This document shows, in pieces, positions 51,835-61,636 of a DNA stretch of 64,000 bases. Numbering within the stretch: the first letter of the stretch is position 1; each line of letters starts with the position of its first letter. Location of the stretch: positions 9,645 to 73,644 of the forward strand of contig CALXVD010000002.1 in assembly GCA_944391865.1 (NCBI GenBank). Reading direction: 5' to 3'. Both the position numbers and the translations under genes were made by a program. The DNA comes from an uncultured Clostridia bacterium. Lineage in GTDB: Bacteria; Bacillota; Clostridia; TANB77; CAG-508. The notes under the pieces are model-generated. The model did not search any database. It was not told the DNA's origin and saw only the letters and a program-made list of their open reading frames with translations.

Positions 51835-52389
51835 TCATCCTTCTTTATCTTTCTTTATTTTATTTGCATATCTCTCTTCCTCCGAAAAAATGCAACCACA
51901 ATATTTTTGCATATATAATCCTAAACTTCTTGCTTTTGCTTGTCCTTCTCTAAATCCAACCCTAAAATCTCTGTATATAAACTCAATTCCGTATTTTTCT
52001 GCTAATTTTTCTCCTAATTTTTTTATTTCTTCATGTTTTTGATATGGACTAACAAGCAACGTTGTAGAAAAACTGTCATATCCATTTTCTTTTGCATATT
52101 TTACAGTTTGTTCTAGTCTTACTCTATAACAATAATTTACACATCTATTTTCTAAATCATTCACTACATTTTTGCAAAATTCTCTTAATCCATAATTTTC
52201 TTCAAATATAGCTTTTACACCTATGCTTTTCGTGTAATCTCTTAAGCAATCTCTCCTTGCCTTATATTCCATATATGGATGTATATTAGGATTAAACCAA
52301 TATACAGTTGGTTCTATTCCTTCACTTCTTAATTCATCTATACAATACACACTACAAGGTGCACAACAAGTATGCATTAATAATTTCAT
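51835..52389 (-). CDS. queH: epoxyqueuosine reductase QueH (DUF208)
   Basis: 184 aa. MHTCCAPCS N-terminal Cys cluster and C-terminal YCGC. Confidence 0.8.
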   Translation of the reverse strand: MKLLMHTCCAPCSVYCIDELRSEGIEPTVYWFNPNIHPYMEYKARRDCLRDYTKSIGVKAIFEENYGLREFCKNVVNDLENRCVNYCYRVRLEQTVKYAKENGYDSFSTTLLVSPYQKHEEIKKLGEKLAEKYGIEFIYRDFRVGFREGQAKARSLGLYMQKYCGCIFSEEERYANKIKKDKEG

Positions 52390-52391
52390 TT

Positions 52392-53009
52392 TTACTCCTT
52401 CTTTTCGTCAAAATCCTCTATACTATATAAATTATATCCTTCGTAATTATAGCTTGCATCTATGCCTTTCATATAAACTTCTCTGTCATTTATTTTGTCT
52501 GTTAAAGCATTTTGTAATAGCATTTTAATTTCAGTATTTTTTATTGGGCTACGCTCCATTGCCAACAAATAATCTTCCTTATTTATTTTGCTCCAATCTA
52601 TTACTTTGCTAATTTCTTTCTTTAAAATCATATCTAGCCATATTCTTGTACTTCTACCATTACCTTCTCTAAAAGGATGTGCTATATTCATTTCGATATA
52701 TTTTTCTATAATTTCATCAAAATTTGACTGTGGCATTCTATCTATTTGTTTTAAAGCCTCTTCCAAATACATAGCTGAAGCAAATCTAAAATTACTTTTT
52801 GATATATTTTCAGTTCTAATTTTTCCTGCAAATTCATATATTTCTTCAAATAAGTATTTATGAATCTGCGATAATCCTTTAAATGTTCCAACTTCAAAAG
52901 AATTTAACAAGCCTGTTTCAAACAATTCCAATGATTTCTTCTTTGTTATTCTTTCTTCTACTTTCGCAAGTTCTATTGAATTATTTATTCCTAACTTATT
53001 TTTTAACAC
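52392..53009 (-). CDS. fic: Fic-domain protein (adenylyltransferase)
   Basis: 205 aa. Canonical Fic motif HPFREGNGRSTR. Confidence 0.85.
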   Translation of the reverse strand: MLKNKLGINNSIELAKVEERITKKKSLELFETGLLNSFEVGTFKGLSQIHKYLFEEIYEFAGKIRTENISKSNFRFASAMYLEEALKQIDRMPQSNFDEIIEKYIEMNIAHPFREGNGRSTRIWLDMILKKEISKVIDWSKINKEDYLLAMERSPIKNTEIKMLLQNALTDKINDREVYMKGIDASYNYEGYNLYSIEDFDEKKE

Positions 53010-53032
53010 AATATACCTCCTAACACTATTAA

Positions 53033-54031
53033 TTAGTCTTTATCTATTCCTAAATGCTCGTATGCCTTGTCTGTTACAATTCTTCCTCTTGGAGTTCTTG
53101 CTAAAAATCCCATTTGCATTAAATAAGGTTCGTATACATCTTCTATTGTTTCTACTTCTTCTCCTATTGTGGAGCTTAATGTCTCAATACCAACAGGTCC
53201 ACCTGCATAGTTTAAAATTATAGTTTTTAATATTTTTCTATCTATATTGTCTAAGCCTAGGTCATCAATTTCTAATTTTTCTAAAGCAATTTTTGCTATT
53301 TTTTCTGTTATTGTTCCATCTCCTAAAACTGCTGCATAATCTCTTACTCTTTTTAAAAGTCTATTTGCAATTCTTGGAGTTCCTCTAGAACGTTTTGCTA
53401 TTTCTAATGAACCTTCCTTTTCTATTGAAACATCTAATATATTTGCAGACCTTTTTACAATTGTATCTAAATCATTTACATTATATAGTTCTAATCTATG
53501 TACTATTCCAAATCTATCACGAAGAGGTGTTGTAAGAGAACCTGCTCTTGTAGTTGCACCAATTAATGTAAATTTAGGTAAATCTAATCTAATAGACCTT
53601 GCACTTGGTCCCTTTCCTATAATTATATCTAAATTATAATCTTCTAAAGCAGGATATAGTATTTCTTCTACACTTCTATTTAATCTGTGTATTTCATCTA
53701 TAAATAAAACATCATTTGGAGATAAGTTTGTTAAAAGTGCTGCTAAATCTCCTGGTTTTTCAATTGCAGGTCCTGATGTAATTCTTATATTTGTATTCAT
53801 TTCATTTGCTATTATACTTGCAAGAGTTGTCTTTCCAAGCCCAGGGGGCCCATAAAGCAAAATATGATCTAATGGTTCTCCTCTCTTTTTGGCTGCTTCT
53901 ATGTAAATTTTCATATTTTCCTTTGCTTTTGTTTGACCAATATATTCACTCAAATTTTTAGGTCTTAAACTAACTTCTGCAATTTCTTCTGTTTCATCTT
54001 GCAAATTTGGTATCAACAAATTTTCGTCCAT
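53033..54031 (-). CDS. ruvB: Holliday junction branch migration helicase RuvB
   Basis: Start is probably ATG 54029-54031 (MDENLLIPN). Walker [22 protein letters not shown]. Confidence 0.95.
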   Translation of the reverse strand: MDENLLIPNLQDETEEIAEVSLRPKNLSEYIGQTKAKENMKIYIEAAKKRGEPLDHILLYGPPGLGKTTLASIIANEMNTNIRITSGPAIEKPGDLAALLTNLSPNDVLFIDEIHRLNRSVEEILYPALEDYNLDIIIGKGPSARSIRLDLPKFTLIGATTRAGSLTTPLRDRFGIVHRLELYNVNDLDTIVKRSANILDVSIEKEGSLEIAKRSRGTPRIANRLLKRVRDYAAVLGDGTITEKIAKIALEKLEIDDLGLDNIDRKILKTIILNYAGGPVGIETLSSTIGEEVETIEDVYEPYLMQMGFLARTPRGRIVTDKAYEHLGIDKD

Positions 54032-54112
54032 TTTATACCTCACATTCTTTTTTATTATATATTTAAATAAAAAAAAACACAATATATTATTTGAAATATA
54101 TTGGTTGTATCT

Positions 54113-54230
54113 GTGAAGTGAGAAGTGGGATATGGGAAGTGTGAAATTAGGTTAAGCCTAACAATGCCTAGCCCTAAAAAGCACACCTCACACTTCGCAC
54201 CTCTCACCTCTCAAAAACAAATTACAATTT
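54113..54230 (-). repeat. family B element (reverse orientation, close to the reverse complement of 26177-26310)
   Basis: gtgaagtgagaagtgggatatgggaagtgtgaaattaggttaagcctaacaatgcctagccctaaaaagcacacctcacacttcgcacctctcacctctc...CAAATTACAATTT. Confidence 0.85.
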
Positions 54231-54233
54231 ATC

Positions 54234-54908
54234 TTAAACTACAAATAACAAAATGCAAAGAAAATGCAAGAAGCTTCCTAGAACTATAAATAGATGAAAA
54301 ACAGAATGCATATATTTATGTTTTCTTCCTAAGCCATATAGTATTGCACCTATTGTATATGCTATTCCTCCTGCTACTAGCAAAATTAAACCGTTTGTTC
54401 CTAATAACTTTGGCAATAAATCTGCTCTAAATATTACTGCCCATCCCATAACTAAATAACAAATCATTGAAAATACTTTATATTTTTTTAGGTCAATTGC
54501 GTTTAAAACTATACCGAGTATTGCCATAGCCCATATTAATGCAAATATAGTCCAGCCCAAAATTAAATTGTATTCTCTAAAGCTACACAAAGCAAATGGT
54601 GTATAAGAACCTGCAATAAGCAAAAATATTGTGCAATGATCTAGTACTTGCATTACTTTTTTGCCTGTTGTTTTGGGGCTAAGTCCATGGTATATGCTTG
54701 ACATTGTATATAGAATTATCATTGTTGTTCCATATATGCTACTGCTTACTATACCATAAACATTATTGTGCAATGCCGACATAATAACACACAATATAGT
54801 TGCAACTATTCCTAATACCGCACCAACTATATGTGATGTCATATTAAAAATTTCTTCCCCTTTTGTATAAACAGGTAAAACTCTATCCTTTAATTTGGTT
54901 CTTTTCAT
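54234..54908 (-). CDS. hemolysin III / PAQR-family membrane protein
   Basis: 224 aa, 7 TM helices. EEIFNMTSH..., LDHCTIFLLIAGSYTP, HLFIVLGSFLHF. Confidence 0.85.
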   Translation of the reverse strand: MKRTKLKDRVLPVYTKGEEIFNMTSHIVGAVLGIVATILCVIMSALHNNVYGIVSSSIYGTTMIILYTMSSIYHGLSPKTTGKKVMQVLDHCTIFLLIAGSYTPFALCSFREYNLILGWTIFALIWAMAILGIVLNAIDLKKYKVFSMICYLVMGWAVIFRADLLPKLLGTNGLILLVAGGIAYTIGAILYGLGRKHKYMHSVFHLFIVLGSFLHFLCILLFVV

Positions 54909-54937
54909 AAAAGCTCCTTTTTTTGATAATGTTTTCT

Positions 54938-54963
54938 GACGGCTTTCTTGCCGTTCCTACAAT
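54938..54963 (+). repeat. family A GC-rich hairpin repeat
   Basis: GACGGCtttcttGCCGTtcctacaat. Confidence 0.6.
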
Positions 54964-54978
54964 ATTTGAAATTATTTT

Positions 54979-55009
54979 GGGCGGATATGAAATCCGCCCC
55001 TACAACGTT
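54979..55009 (+). repeat. family A GC-rich hairpin repeat
   Basis: GGGCGGATatgaaATCCGCCCctacaacgtt. The tail is identical to the 12991-13039 copy. Confidence 0.8.
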
Positions 55010-55045
55010 TACAATTAATTTTGCCAAATATAAATTAATATGCTT

Positions 55046-56278
55046 CTATTTTGTTTTTTTCCTTCTTAAGACTATTCCTTCTTCTAATTTATATGGTATC
55101 TCTAATATTACTTTTTGTCCTTCCCTTCCCGGATTTACAAATTCAATTTCTTTTTTAGTTTCTATATCCCACATTTTTTCTATCTTGAATACTTCAGGTT
55201 CTAATTTGTTTGGTATTAATACTTCTAATGTATCTCCTAATTGCAGCCTATTTCTAATTTCTATTGTATATATATTTTTTTCATTATTACAAATTACTTT
55301 ACCACCAAACTCATAGTCAGGATTATATTGTTTTCCTTCATATTCTTGAAAATCTCTATTATTTTTATCATTAAAATAAAATGTTGTTAAACCTCTCGTT
55401 TTTGTTTTTTCCAATTCTTTTAAATATTTGCTATAATCGTATGCACTTGGATTTTTTATGTAATCATCTATTGCATTTCTATATGCACTTATAACTGTTG
55501 CAAGATAATATTCTGTTTTTAATCTTCCTTCAATTTTTAAACTATCTATTCCCATATCTATTATTTCAGGTAATTCTTTTATTAAACATAAATCTTTTGA
55601 GGAAAGTATATATGTACCATTTACATCTTCGTGAACAGGCATTAAATTTCCAGGGTTATTTTTTTCTTCTATATACATATTATATGCCCATCTGCAACTT
55701 TGTGCACAGTCTCCTAAATTTCCACATCTACCAGCTAAAAAATCACTCAAATGGCATCTTCCAGAATAACTGTAACATATTGCACCATGTACAAATATTT
55801 CTATTTCCATATCTGTATTTTCTTTTATTTTTTTTATTTCATCTTTGCATAGTTCTCTTGCTAAAATAATTCTTGTTGCACCATTTTTCTTCCAGAAATT
55901 ACTTGTGTGGTAACTTGTAACATTTGCTTGCGTACTAATATGTATAGGAATTTCTGGAGCAATGTTTTTTACTAGTTCTACTATTCCACCATCAGATATT
56001 ATAAGTGCATCAACATTTGCTTCCTTTAACTTTGTAACTTGCTCTTCTATTTCATTATACATATTATCTCTTGCATATATATTAAGTGCTGCATATACTT
56101 TTTTGTTTATATTATGTGCATATTTAATAGTTTTTATTAATTCATCATCATCAACACTTACTCTAGAACGTAATGAAAGCTTTGAAGTTCCCATATATAC
56201 AGTATCTGCTCCATATTTAAAAGCAGTCTTTGCTTTTTCAAACGATCCAGCAGGAGCTAATAATTCTGGTTTTATCAT
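55046..56278 (-). CDS. peptidase U32 family protein (YrrO/TrhP-like)
   Basis: 410 aa. PELLAPAGS start and E..HGA.C.SYSGRC motif (EIFVHGAICYSYSGRCHLS). Confidence 0.85.
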   Translation of the reverse strand: MIKPELLAPAGSFEKAKTAFKYGADTVYMGTSKLSLRSRVSVDDDELIKTIKYAHNINKKVYAALNIYARDNMYNEIEEQVTKLKEANVDALIISDGGIVELVKNIAPEIPIHISTQANVTSYHTSNFWKKNGATRIILARELCKDEIKKIKENTDMEIEIFVHGAICYSYSGRCHLSDFLAGRCGNLGDCAQSCRWAYNMYIEEKNNPGNLMPVHEDVNGTYILSSKDLCLIKELPEIIDMGIDSLKIEGRLKTEYYLATVISAYRNAIDDYIKNPSAYDYSKYLKELEKTKTRGLTTFYFNDKNNRDFQEYEGKQYNPDYEFGGKVICNNEKNIYTIEIRNRLQLGDTLEVLIPNKLEPEVFKIEKMWDIETKKEIEFVNPGREGQKVILEIPYKLEEGIVLRRKKTK

Positions 56279-57486
56279 AAACTATGCCCTCCGTTTTCAT
56301 CTTCTACTCTAGCTGCTCCTCCCCAAATATTTTCAATTTGGGCAAGTAATTCATCTTCTAATGGCTCTGTTTCATCAAGTCTATTTACTATCATAGCAAT
56401 TTTTAGTGCACCCCATATCTCTTCTTTTTTATTTTCATCATATTTAGCAGAAGGTATATATTTTCTTAAGAAGGGAAATTGTGAAGCAGTTAAATTATCA
56501 AATTTAGCAGATATTCTTCTGTCTTTACTTTCTTTCCCTGCATTTCTTCTTTCTACAATTATTCTTCTTAAAAATGGCCAGTTTTCCATTAAAGTGTCAT
56601 AAAAATCTTGAAGTTTTAATCCGCGTTTAGTACCTATAAATTTCCATGGAGAATTAACTCCTCTTATTAGTTGTCCGTTTTTAAATTTATTTTCTATCAT
56701 GCTTTCGTCAACTGGCTTGTATTTGCTATGTGAAGCTGTACCTCTTAGGGCATTTTCTTCAACTTCAATTGTTTTAAATTGTGTTTCTATTATAGGCAAT
56801 TGCAATTTAGTTTTAGTTGTATCCATATATTCCTTCATTTCTTCAAATGTTTTTACTAGTTCAGTTAATCTTTCTGGATCTTGAATAAAATGTTGCAAAT
56901 TTGGAAAAATTGGCACCATATTTTTTTTGCTTGAATAATTAGGTATTTCTTTTGAGCGTTTATACTCCTTTGTCTGTGCTGTGTTAACTGTCCTTACTAT
57001 CCATTCCTTTAGGTCTATGTCATGACTTTTGGGTAAAAAATCTCCCATACAATGATAAGCTATATATCCTGATGGTTTATTATATTTTTTATCTTTTGAA
57101 ATCTCAAATTCTAGATGACTAAATAGTGCTAATATTTCCTTATCTGTTTCTGTTGGTGCTACAATTTCCATACCAAAAATATCATCAAGAATTTTCTTAC
57201 CACTATTAATTCTTGAACTAGAAAAATCTTTAATCCTTGCCTTTAGTTTTACATCCCCTATAAGTTCGTTTTGTTTTGCAATTTCTAAACATACATTATA
57301 GTTCTCAACTAATTCTAAAAATCCTTCACCTAGATCTACTATGAATCTTCTATAACCATCTGCTAATTCCCCAATTGTTGGTTGCATTTTCTTAGTTTCA
57401 TCATCAAATCTTTTCTTATCATCTCTTATATTCTTTACTTCTATAGCAAATTGTTCTATAAACTTTTTTCTTTTATCATCTTCCAT
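56275..57486 (-). CDS. divergent RelA/SpoT-domain (nucleotidyltransferase) protein with long insertion and C-terminal extension; toxSAS/CapRel-like candidate
   Basis: 403 aa. Aligns by eye to the SAS at 20048..20701: ARIKDFSSSRINSGKK vs SRIKKPNSIIKK; DIFGMEIVAP vs DVAGIRIVCP; PSGYIAYHCM vs KSGYSSYHLI; IIETQFKTIEVEENALRGTASHSKYKP vs VEIQICTMAMDFWSNLEHEVKYKP. Confidence 0.45.
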   Translation of the reverse strand: MEDDKRKKFIEQFAIEVKNIRDDKKRFDDETKKMQPTIGELADGYRRFIVDLGEGFLELVENYNVCLEIAKQNELIGDVKLKARIKDFSSSRINSGKKILDDIFGMEIVAPTETDKEILALFSHLEFEISKDKKYNKPSGYIAYHCMGDFLPKSHDIDLKEWIVRTVNTAQTKEYKRSKEIPNYSSKKNMVPIFPNLQHFIQDPERLTELVKTFEEMKEYMDTTKTKLQLPIIETQFKTIEVEENALRGTASHSKYKPVDESMIENKFKNGQLIRGVNSPWKFIGTKRGLKLQDFYDTLMENWPFLRRIIVERRNAGKESKDRRISAKFDNLTASQFPFLRKYIPSAKYDENKKEEIWGALKIAMIVNRLDETEPLEDELLAQIENIWGGAARVEDENGGHSL

Positions 57487-57495
57487 ATTTAATTT

Positions 57496-58080
57496 TTAAA
57501 TTAGCACTTTACTTACTGCTAATCCGTCTCCTACCTCTAAAATTTCCGTCTCTAAATTTTCGTTTTCTGTTACCATTTTTATATATTCTCTTAAGTGATT
57601 TACTGCTGTTCTTTGTTTGTGCTTGTTATAATCACTCATAACATATCCTTTATACAAAATATTATCAGCTAAAATTATACTGCCTTTATGTGACAGTCTT
57701 AAAGATTCTTTCAAAAATATAGGATACTTACCCTTTGCTGCATCTATAAAAAACAAATCATATTTTTCATTTAGAGTGGGCAAAACTTCTACTGCATTAC
57801 CCTTTATAACATTTATATGTTGTTTTAGTCCTAGCTTTTTTATATTTTCTATTGCTACATTTGCTCTATTTTCATCTAATTCGATAGTATCAATATAAAC
57901 TTCATTATCTAATATATTAGAAAAACATATTGCTGAATACCCTGTTGCAGTTCCTAATTCTAATATTCTTTTTGGTTTTTCTTCTAACAATATTTTTTCT
58001 ATTACTTCTAATGTGTCATCCATTATAATTGGAATATGTTCTTCCAATGCTTTTTGTTTAATTTGTTCAATATTTATCAC
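57496..58080 (-). CDS. trmR: SAM-dependent O-methyltransferase (YrrM/TrmR-like)
   Basis: 194 aa. Class I MTase motif ILELGTATGYSA and FIDAAKGKY. Synteny with the U32 peptidase as in the B. subtilis yrrMNO locus. Confidence 0.7.
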   Translation of the reverse strand: MINIEQIKQKALEEHIPIIMDDTLEVIEKILLEEKPKRILELGTATGYSAICFSNILDNEVYIDTIELDENRANVAIENIKKLGLKQHINVIKGNAVEVLPTLNEKYDLFFIDAAKGKYPIFLKESLRLSHKGSIILADNILYKGYVMSDYNKHKQRTAVNHLREYIKMVTENENLETEILEVGDGLAVSKVLI

Positions 58081-58424
58081 TTTTCTCTTCCTTTATCATA
58101 CATCTTTCTTTTTTTTAAAGAATTATACCAGTTTTGAAAAACTGTTTTTAAATCTATTCCAGCCTTTGTTAAATAATCGAATTGTTTTTTAATTTCTTCA
58201 TCAGAAGCTAAAATAGTAGTTATTTCCTCTAATGTTTTGTCAGTTTTTAGTCCTTCTTCTATCTTGCTTATTACATTTCTTCTATTTACCGTATCTTGAC
58301 TTTCTGGAGAAGTCTTATTATCTCTAATATACATATTAGAAGAACTTCCTGGCCTATATGTTCCATTTTTATTGATACTCTTTGAATATCTATTATACCT
58401 AGAAGTATGATTATAATCTCTCAT
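58077..58424 (-). CDS. hypothetical basic protein
   Basis: 115 aa. Overlaps the trmR start by 4 nt (coupled). No family recognised. Confidence 0.45.
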   Translation of the reverse strand: MRDYNHTSRYNRYSKSINKNGTYRPGSSSNMYIRDNKTSPESQDTVNRRNVISKIEEGLKTDKTLEEITTILASDEEIKKQFDYLTKAGIDLKTVFQNWYNSLKKRKMYDKGREK

Positions 58425-58429
58425 TTATT

Positions 58430-60239
58430 TTACCTCCTAGTAGCTCTTTCTCTTTCTTTATTATTTAATATCTTCTTTCTTAATCTAATACTTTTTGGTG
58501 TTACTTCAACTAATTCGTCATCTTGTATAAATTCTATTGCTTTTTCTAGGCTCATTTGAATTGGTGGAACAAGTCTTAATGCATCATCCGATCCAGAAGC
58601 TCTAGTATTAGTTAAATGTTTTTCCTTGCAAACATTTACTGCTAGGTCCTCTCCTCTTGAGTTTAATCCAACTATCATTCCTTCATAGACTTCTGTTCCT
58701 GGTCCAATAAATAAATCACCTTTATCTTGAGCATTATATAATCCATATGTTATTGCTTTTCCAGCTTCAAATGCAACAATTGTTCCTCTAGTACGTGATA
58801 CAACATCTCCTTTATAAGGCTCATATGAATCAAATATATGATTCATAGTTCCTTCTCCTTTTGTATCTGTTAAAAATTCTGTTCTATAACCAATTAGTCC
58901 TCTTGCTGGTATCTTAAATTCTATTTTTGTATGGCCATCTTCTGCTGGTTCCATATTTATCATTTCTGCTTTTCTTCTACCTAGTTTTTCTATTACATTT
59001 CCAATGCAATCGTCTGGAACATTTACAACTAATCTTTCAATAGGTTCGCATTTTTCTCCATTTATTTCTTTAATGATAACTTTTGGACGAGATACTAAAA
59101 GCTCAAACCCCTCTCTTCTCATTGTCTCTATTAAAACTGATAAGTGTAATTCTCCGGCGTCCTGCTACTTCAAATGAATCTGGGGAATCTGTTTCTTTTA
59201 CTCTTAAAGATACATTTCTCTCTAATTCTTTAAATAGCCTATCTCTTATATGTCTTGAAGTTACAAACTCTCCTTCTCTTCCTGCAAATGGTCCATTGTT
59301 TACAGAAAAAGTCATTGTAACAGTAGGTTCATCAATGTCTACAAAGTCTATTTTTTCTGGATGATTAATATCACAAATTGTTTCTCCGATATTTATATTA
59401 GTTATTCCAGAAATTTCAACTATATCTCCTGCTTTTGCTTCTTCAACTTCAACTTTTTTTAGTCCCATGTATGTTGAAACTTTAACAACTTTTGCATTTT
59501 CTTGTTTATCTTTTTTGCATACAACAACAGGCATTCCTTCTTTTATAACTCCACGCTCTACTCTACCAACTGCAATTCTTCCAACATAATCATCATAATC
59601 TATATTAGAAACAAGCATTTGCATTGGTCTATCTTCATCGCATTTTGGCGGTTCTATTGTGTTTATAATAGTTTCAAAAACACATTTCATATCTTTTGCT
59701 TCATCATCTAAATTCATTTTTGCAACACCTTGTTTTGCAGAAGCATATATTACTGGAAAATCAAGTTGTTCATCATTTGCTCCAAGCTCTATAAATAGCT
59801 CTAATACATCATCTACAACTTTTAATGGTCTTGCACCAGGCCTATCTATTTTATTTATAACAACAATTGGTTTTAAATTAAGTGCTAAAGATTTTTTTAA
59901 AACTTCTCTTGTTTGAGGCATTGCCCCTTCAAATGCGTCAACAAGTAATAATACACCATCTACCATTTTTAAAACACGTTCAACTTCTCCACCAAAGTCA
60001 GCATGTCCAGGTGTATCTACTATATTTATTTTTATGTCGTTATATATAACAGAAGTGTTTTTTGCAAGTATAGTAATTCCTCTTTCTTTTTCTAGATCAT
60101 TAGAATCCATTACTCTTTCTTGTACTTGCTCATTTTCTCTAAAAGTTCCACTTTGTTTTAGTAAAGCATCTACTAAAGTCGTTTTTCCATGATCTACGTG
60201 TGCTATAATTGCTACGTTTCTAATTTTTTCATTGCTCAT
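58430..60239 (-). CDS. typA: translational GTPase TypA/BipA (needs +1 recoding at CGG 59154-59156)
   Basis: G1 AHVDHGKTT and G3 DTPGHADF. Pieces 59103..60239 and 58430..59122 join as [32 protein letters not shown]. Confidence 0.92.
59154..59156 (-). other. in-frame CGG, +1 recoding site (typA)
   Basis: GGA CGC CGG AGA ATT becomes [21 protein letters not shown]. Confidence 0.85.
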
Positions 60240-60359
60240 TTTATAATCCCCTCTAACCTTATGATTACTTACAACAATAATTAATTATACATCTTAACGT
60301 CGTTATTTGTCAACTGTAAACCACTCCTCTTGCTGTGCTTCTTCTGAAAAAGAAAAATT

Positions 60360-61502
60360 TTACACAAACTCTTCCCATACTAAATTTGCTAGGTCTATTC
60401 CTTTATTTGTTAGCTTTATATTGTCTATATCTATTTCAATTAATTCTTGGCAAGCTAATTTGTTAAGTATTTCTCTATATAAATAAATAGGATTATCTAC
60501 AAATTTATTTTTAAATTCTGATATTTTTACTCCTTCTACTTTTCTTAAACCCAATAACATATATTCTTTCATCTTGTTTGCTTTATTTTGCTTCTCATGT
60601 ACAATTCGCATATGTTGGTCGCCGCACATTTAATCCTCTGCAAATATAATTATCTAAATTTTCTGTATTAGAATATCTCGTATTATTTATATATGAATGT
60701 GCTGCAAGTCCAAAACCAATGTATTCTTCTTGATTCCAACATGACAAATTATGTCTTGATTCATAATCTTGTTTTGCAAAATTAGATATTTCATAGTGTA
60801 TGTAACCTTGTTTTTCTAATTTTTTTTTTACCTTCCAATACATTTTTCTTTCTAGTTCTTCTGGTGGCAAAAAAAGTTCTTTTTTGTTTATTTTTTCTTC
60901 TATTGGCGTGCCTTCCTCTACAATTAAAGAATAAACTGATATATGTTCTGGTCCGCAAATTAATTATTTCCGATAAGTCTTTTTGGACATCTTCCAAATT
61001 TTCAGTTGGAAGTCCTATCATTAAGTCTACATTAATATTTTTAAATCCTATTTTTCTTGCTAGATTATATCCGTTCCAAAAATGTACGATAATTGTGGAT
61101 TCTTCCTATTAATTTTAGTAAATCATTATTTGTACTTTGAAGTCCAAAGCTAATTCTATTTATTCCAGAATTATAGTAATCTTTTAGTTTTTCCTCATTT
61201 ACTGTTCCTGGGTTTACTTCTATTGTAATTTCTGCATTTTCTGAAATTTTGAATTTCTGTTTCATTGTTTTTAAAATATCTATTATATATTTACTTTCTA
61301 TATATGATGGAGTTCCTCCTCCAAAGTATATTGTACTAACTAGATATTCTTCTTTATTGATTTTATAATTCTTTATTTCTTGTTTTAATGTTTCTATGTA
61401 TTTATCTACCAAATTTTCTTTGTTTGAAAATGATATAAAATCACAATAATTGCATTTTTTCACGCAAAATGGTATGTGTACATATATTCCTAAATTTTTC
61501 AT
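60360..61502 (-). CDS. hemW: radical SAM heme chaperone HemW / oxygen-independent coproporphyrinogen oxidase-like (needs +1 recoding at three CGG codons)
   Basis: CxxxCxxC (FCVKKCNYCDF). Four ORF pieces join at 61071 (FLE-GYNLARKIGF), 60953 (INL-GPEHISVYSLIVEEGTP) and 60622 (GLNV-GDQHMRIV). Confidence 0.85.
60622..60624 (-). other. in-frame CGG, +1 recoding site (hemW, 3rd)
   Basis: AAT GTG CGG CGA CCA becomes L-N-V-G-D-Q-H-M-R-I-V (GGC as the +1 codon). Confidence 0.7.
60953..60955 (-). other. in-frame CGG, +1 recoding site (hemW, 2nd)
   Basis: AAT TTG CGG ACC AGA becomes N-L-G-P-E-H-I-S-V-Y-S-L-I-V-E-E-G-T-P. Confidence 0.85.
61071..61073 (-). other. in-frame CGG, +1 recoding site (hemW, 1st)
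   Basis: TTG GAA CGG ATA TAA becomes F-L-E-G-Y-N-L-A-R-K-I-G-F-K-N-I-N-V-D-L. Confidence 0.8.
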
Positions 61503-61521
61503 TGTCGTCCTTTCTAGTTTT

Positions 61522-61620
61522 GATGTGTGAGATGTGAAATGTGAGGTGTGCTTTTAGGGTTAAGCTACGCAAGTCCTTCCCTTATTTCACACTTCCCACA
61601 TCCCACTTCGCACTTCTCAT
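61522..61620 (+). repeat. family B element
   Basis: gatgtgtgagatgtgaaatgtgaggtgtgcttttagggttaagctacgcaagtccttcccttatttcacacttcccacatcccacttcgcacttctcat, between hemW and whiA. Confidence 0.8.
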
Positions 61621-61636
61621 TCAAATTTTTATCAAT

